Below are positions 63,937-64,000 of a DNA stretch of 64,000 nt, piece after piece. Below the pieces are notes generated by a model, which saw nothing but the letters and a program-made list of their open reading frames with translations, ran no database searches and had not been told where the DNA came from. The stretch is from an uncultured delta proteobacterium (lineage in GTDB: Bacteria; Desulfobacterota; Desulfuromonadia; Desulfuromonadales; JACZKF01): assembly GCA_963816395.1 (NCBI GenBank), contig CAWFKQ010000016.1, positions 96,001-160,000 on the forward strand. The letters are read 5' to 3'. The first letter of the stretch is position 1. Each line of letters opens with the position of its first letter. Made by a program: the position numbers and the translations under genes.

Positions 63937-64000
63937 CCATTTCTCCCGGAGCTTTGAGCCGAACCGATCTTCGCCAGTTCGTTGCCCTTCAATATCCAGG

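Noticed and set aside
63937..64000. 3' end of an upstream gene overlapping the aminotransferase start
   Set aside because: An open frame ending in an ATGA overlap exists, but about 20 codons are too few to identify it.

Overview
A GC-rich bacterial window, most consistent with a Desulfuromonadales/Geobacter-like deltaproteobacterium (inferred from gene content and intergenic repeats). It holds mainly metabolic genes; I saw no rRNA, tRNA, CRISPR array or intact transposase. (1) 1-6.8 kb, visibly lower GC: a BadF/BcrA-type activase, a sigma-54 activator and an hcrCAB-like molybdoenzyme, with two sigma-54 promoters that share an upstream motif. (2) 7-20.5 kb: stress and accessory genes (methyltransferases, rubrerythrin, HAD, aldo/keto reductase, SatP-like transporter, GT2, NarL-type two-component pair, M15 peptidase, qNOR, CBS). 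(3) 20.5-40.2 kb: two divergent lactate-type operons (TRAP-USP-glcDF and lutC-lutB/ldhH), each with a PdhR/LldR-type operator, separated by a sigma-54 operon for 3-hydroxybutyrate/acetoacetate use. (4) A chemoreceptor with the same sensor domain outside and inside the membrane, an orphan ATP-grasp-like gene, an SDR and an M23 peptidase. (5) An rfbF - radical SAM - three C-methyltransferases - GT2 sugar operon with no rfbG. (6) A receiver/J-like/TPR gene, mltG, plsY, a di-haem protein and an aminotransferase/CoA-transferase/deacylase/thiolase operon. About 17 genes have apparent single-base frameshifts that look like long-read errors. The best candidates for novel systems are the radical-SAM sugar operon, the double-sensor chemoreceptor, the low-GC aromatic-CoA island and the putative beta-amino-acid catabolic operon.
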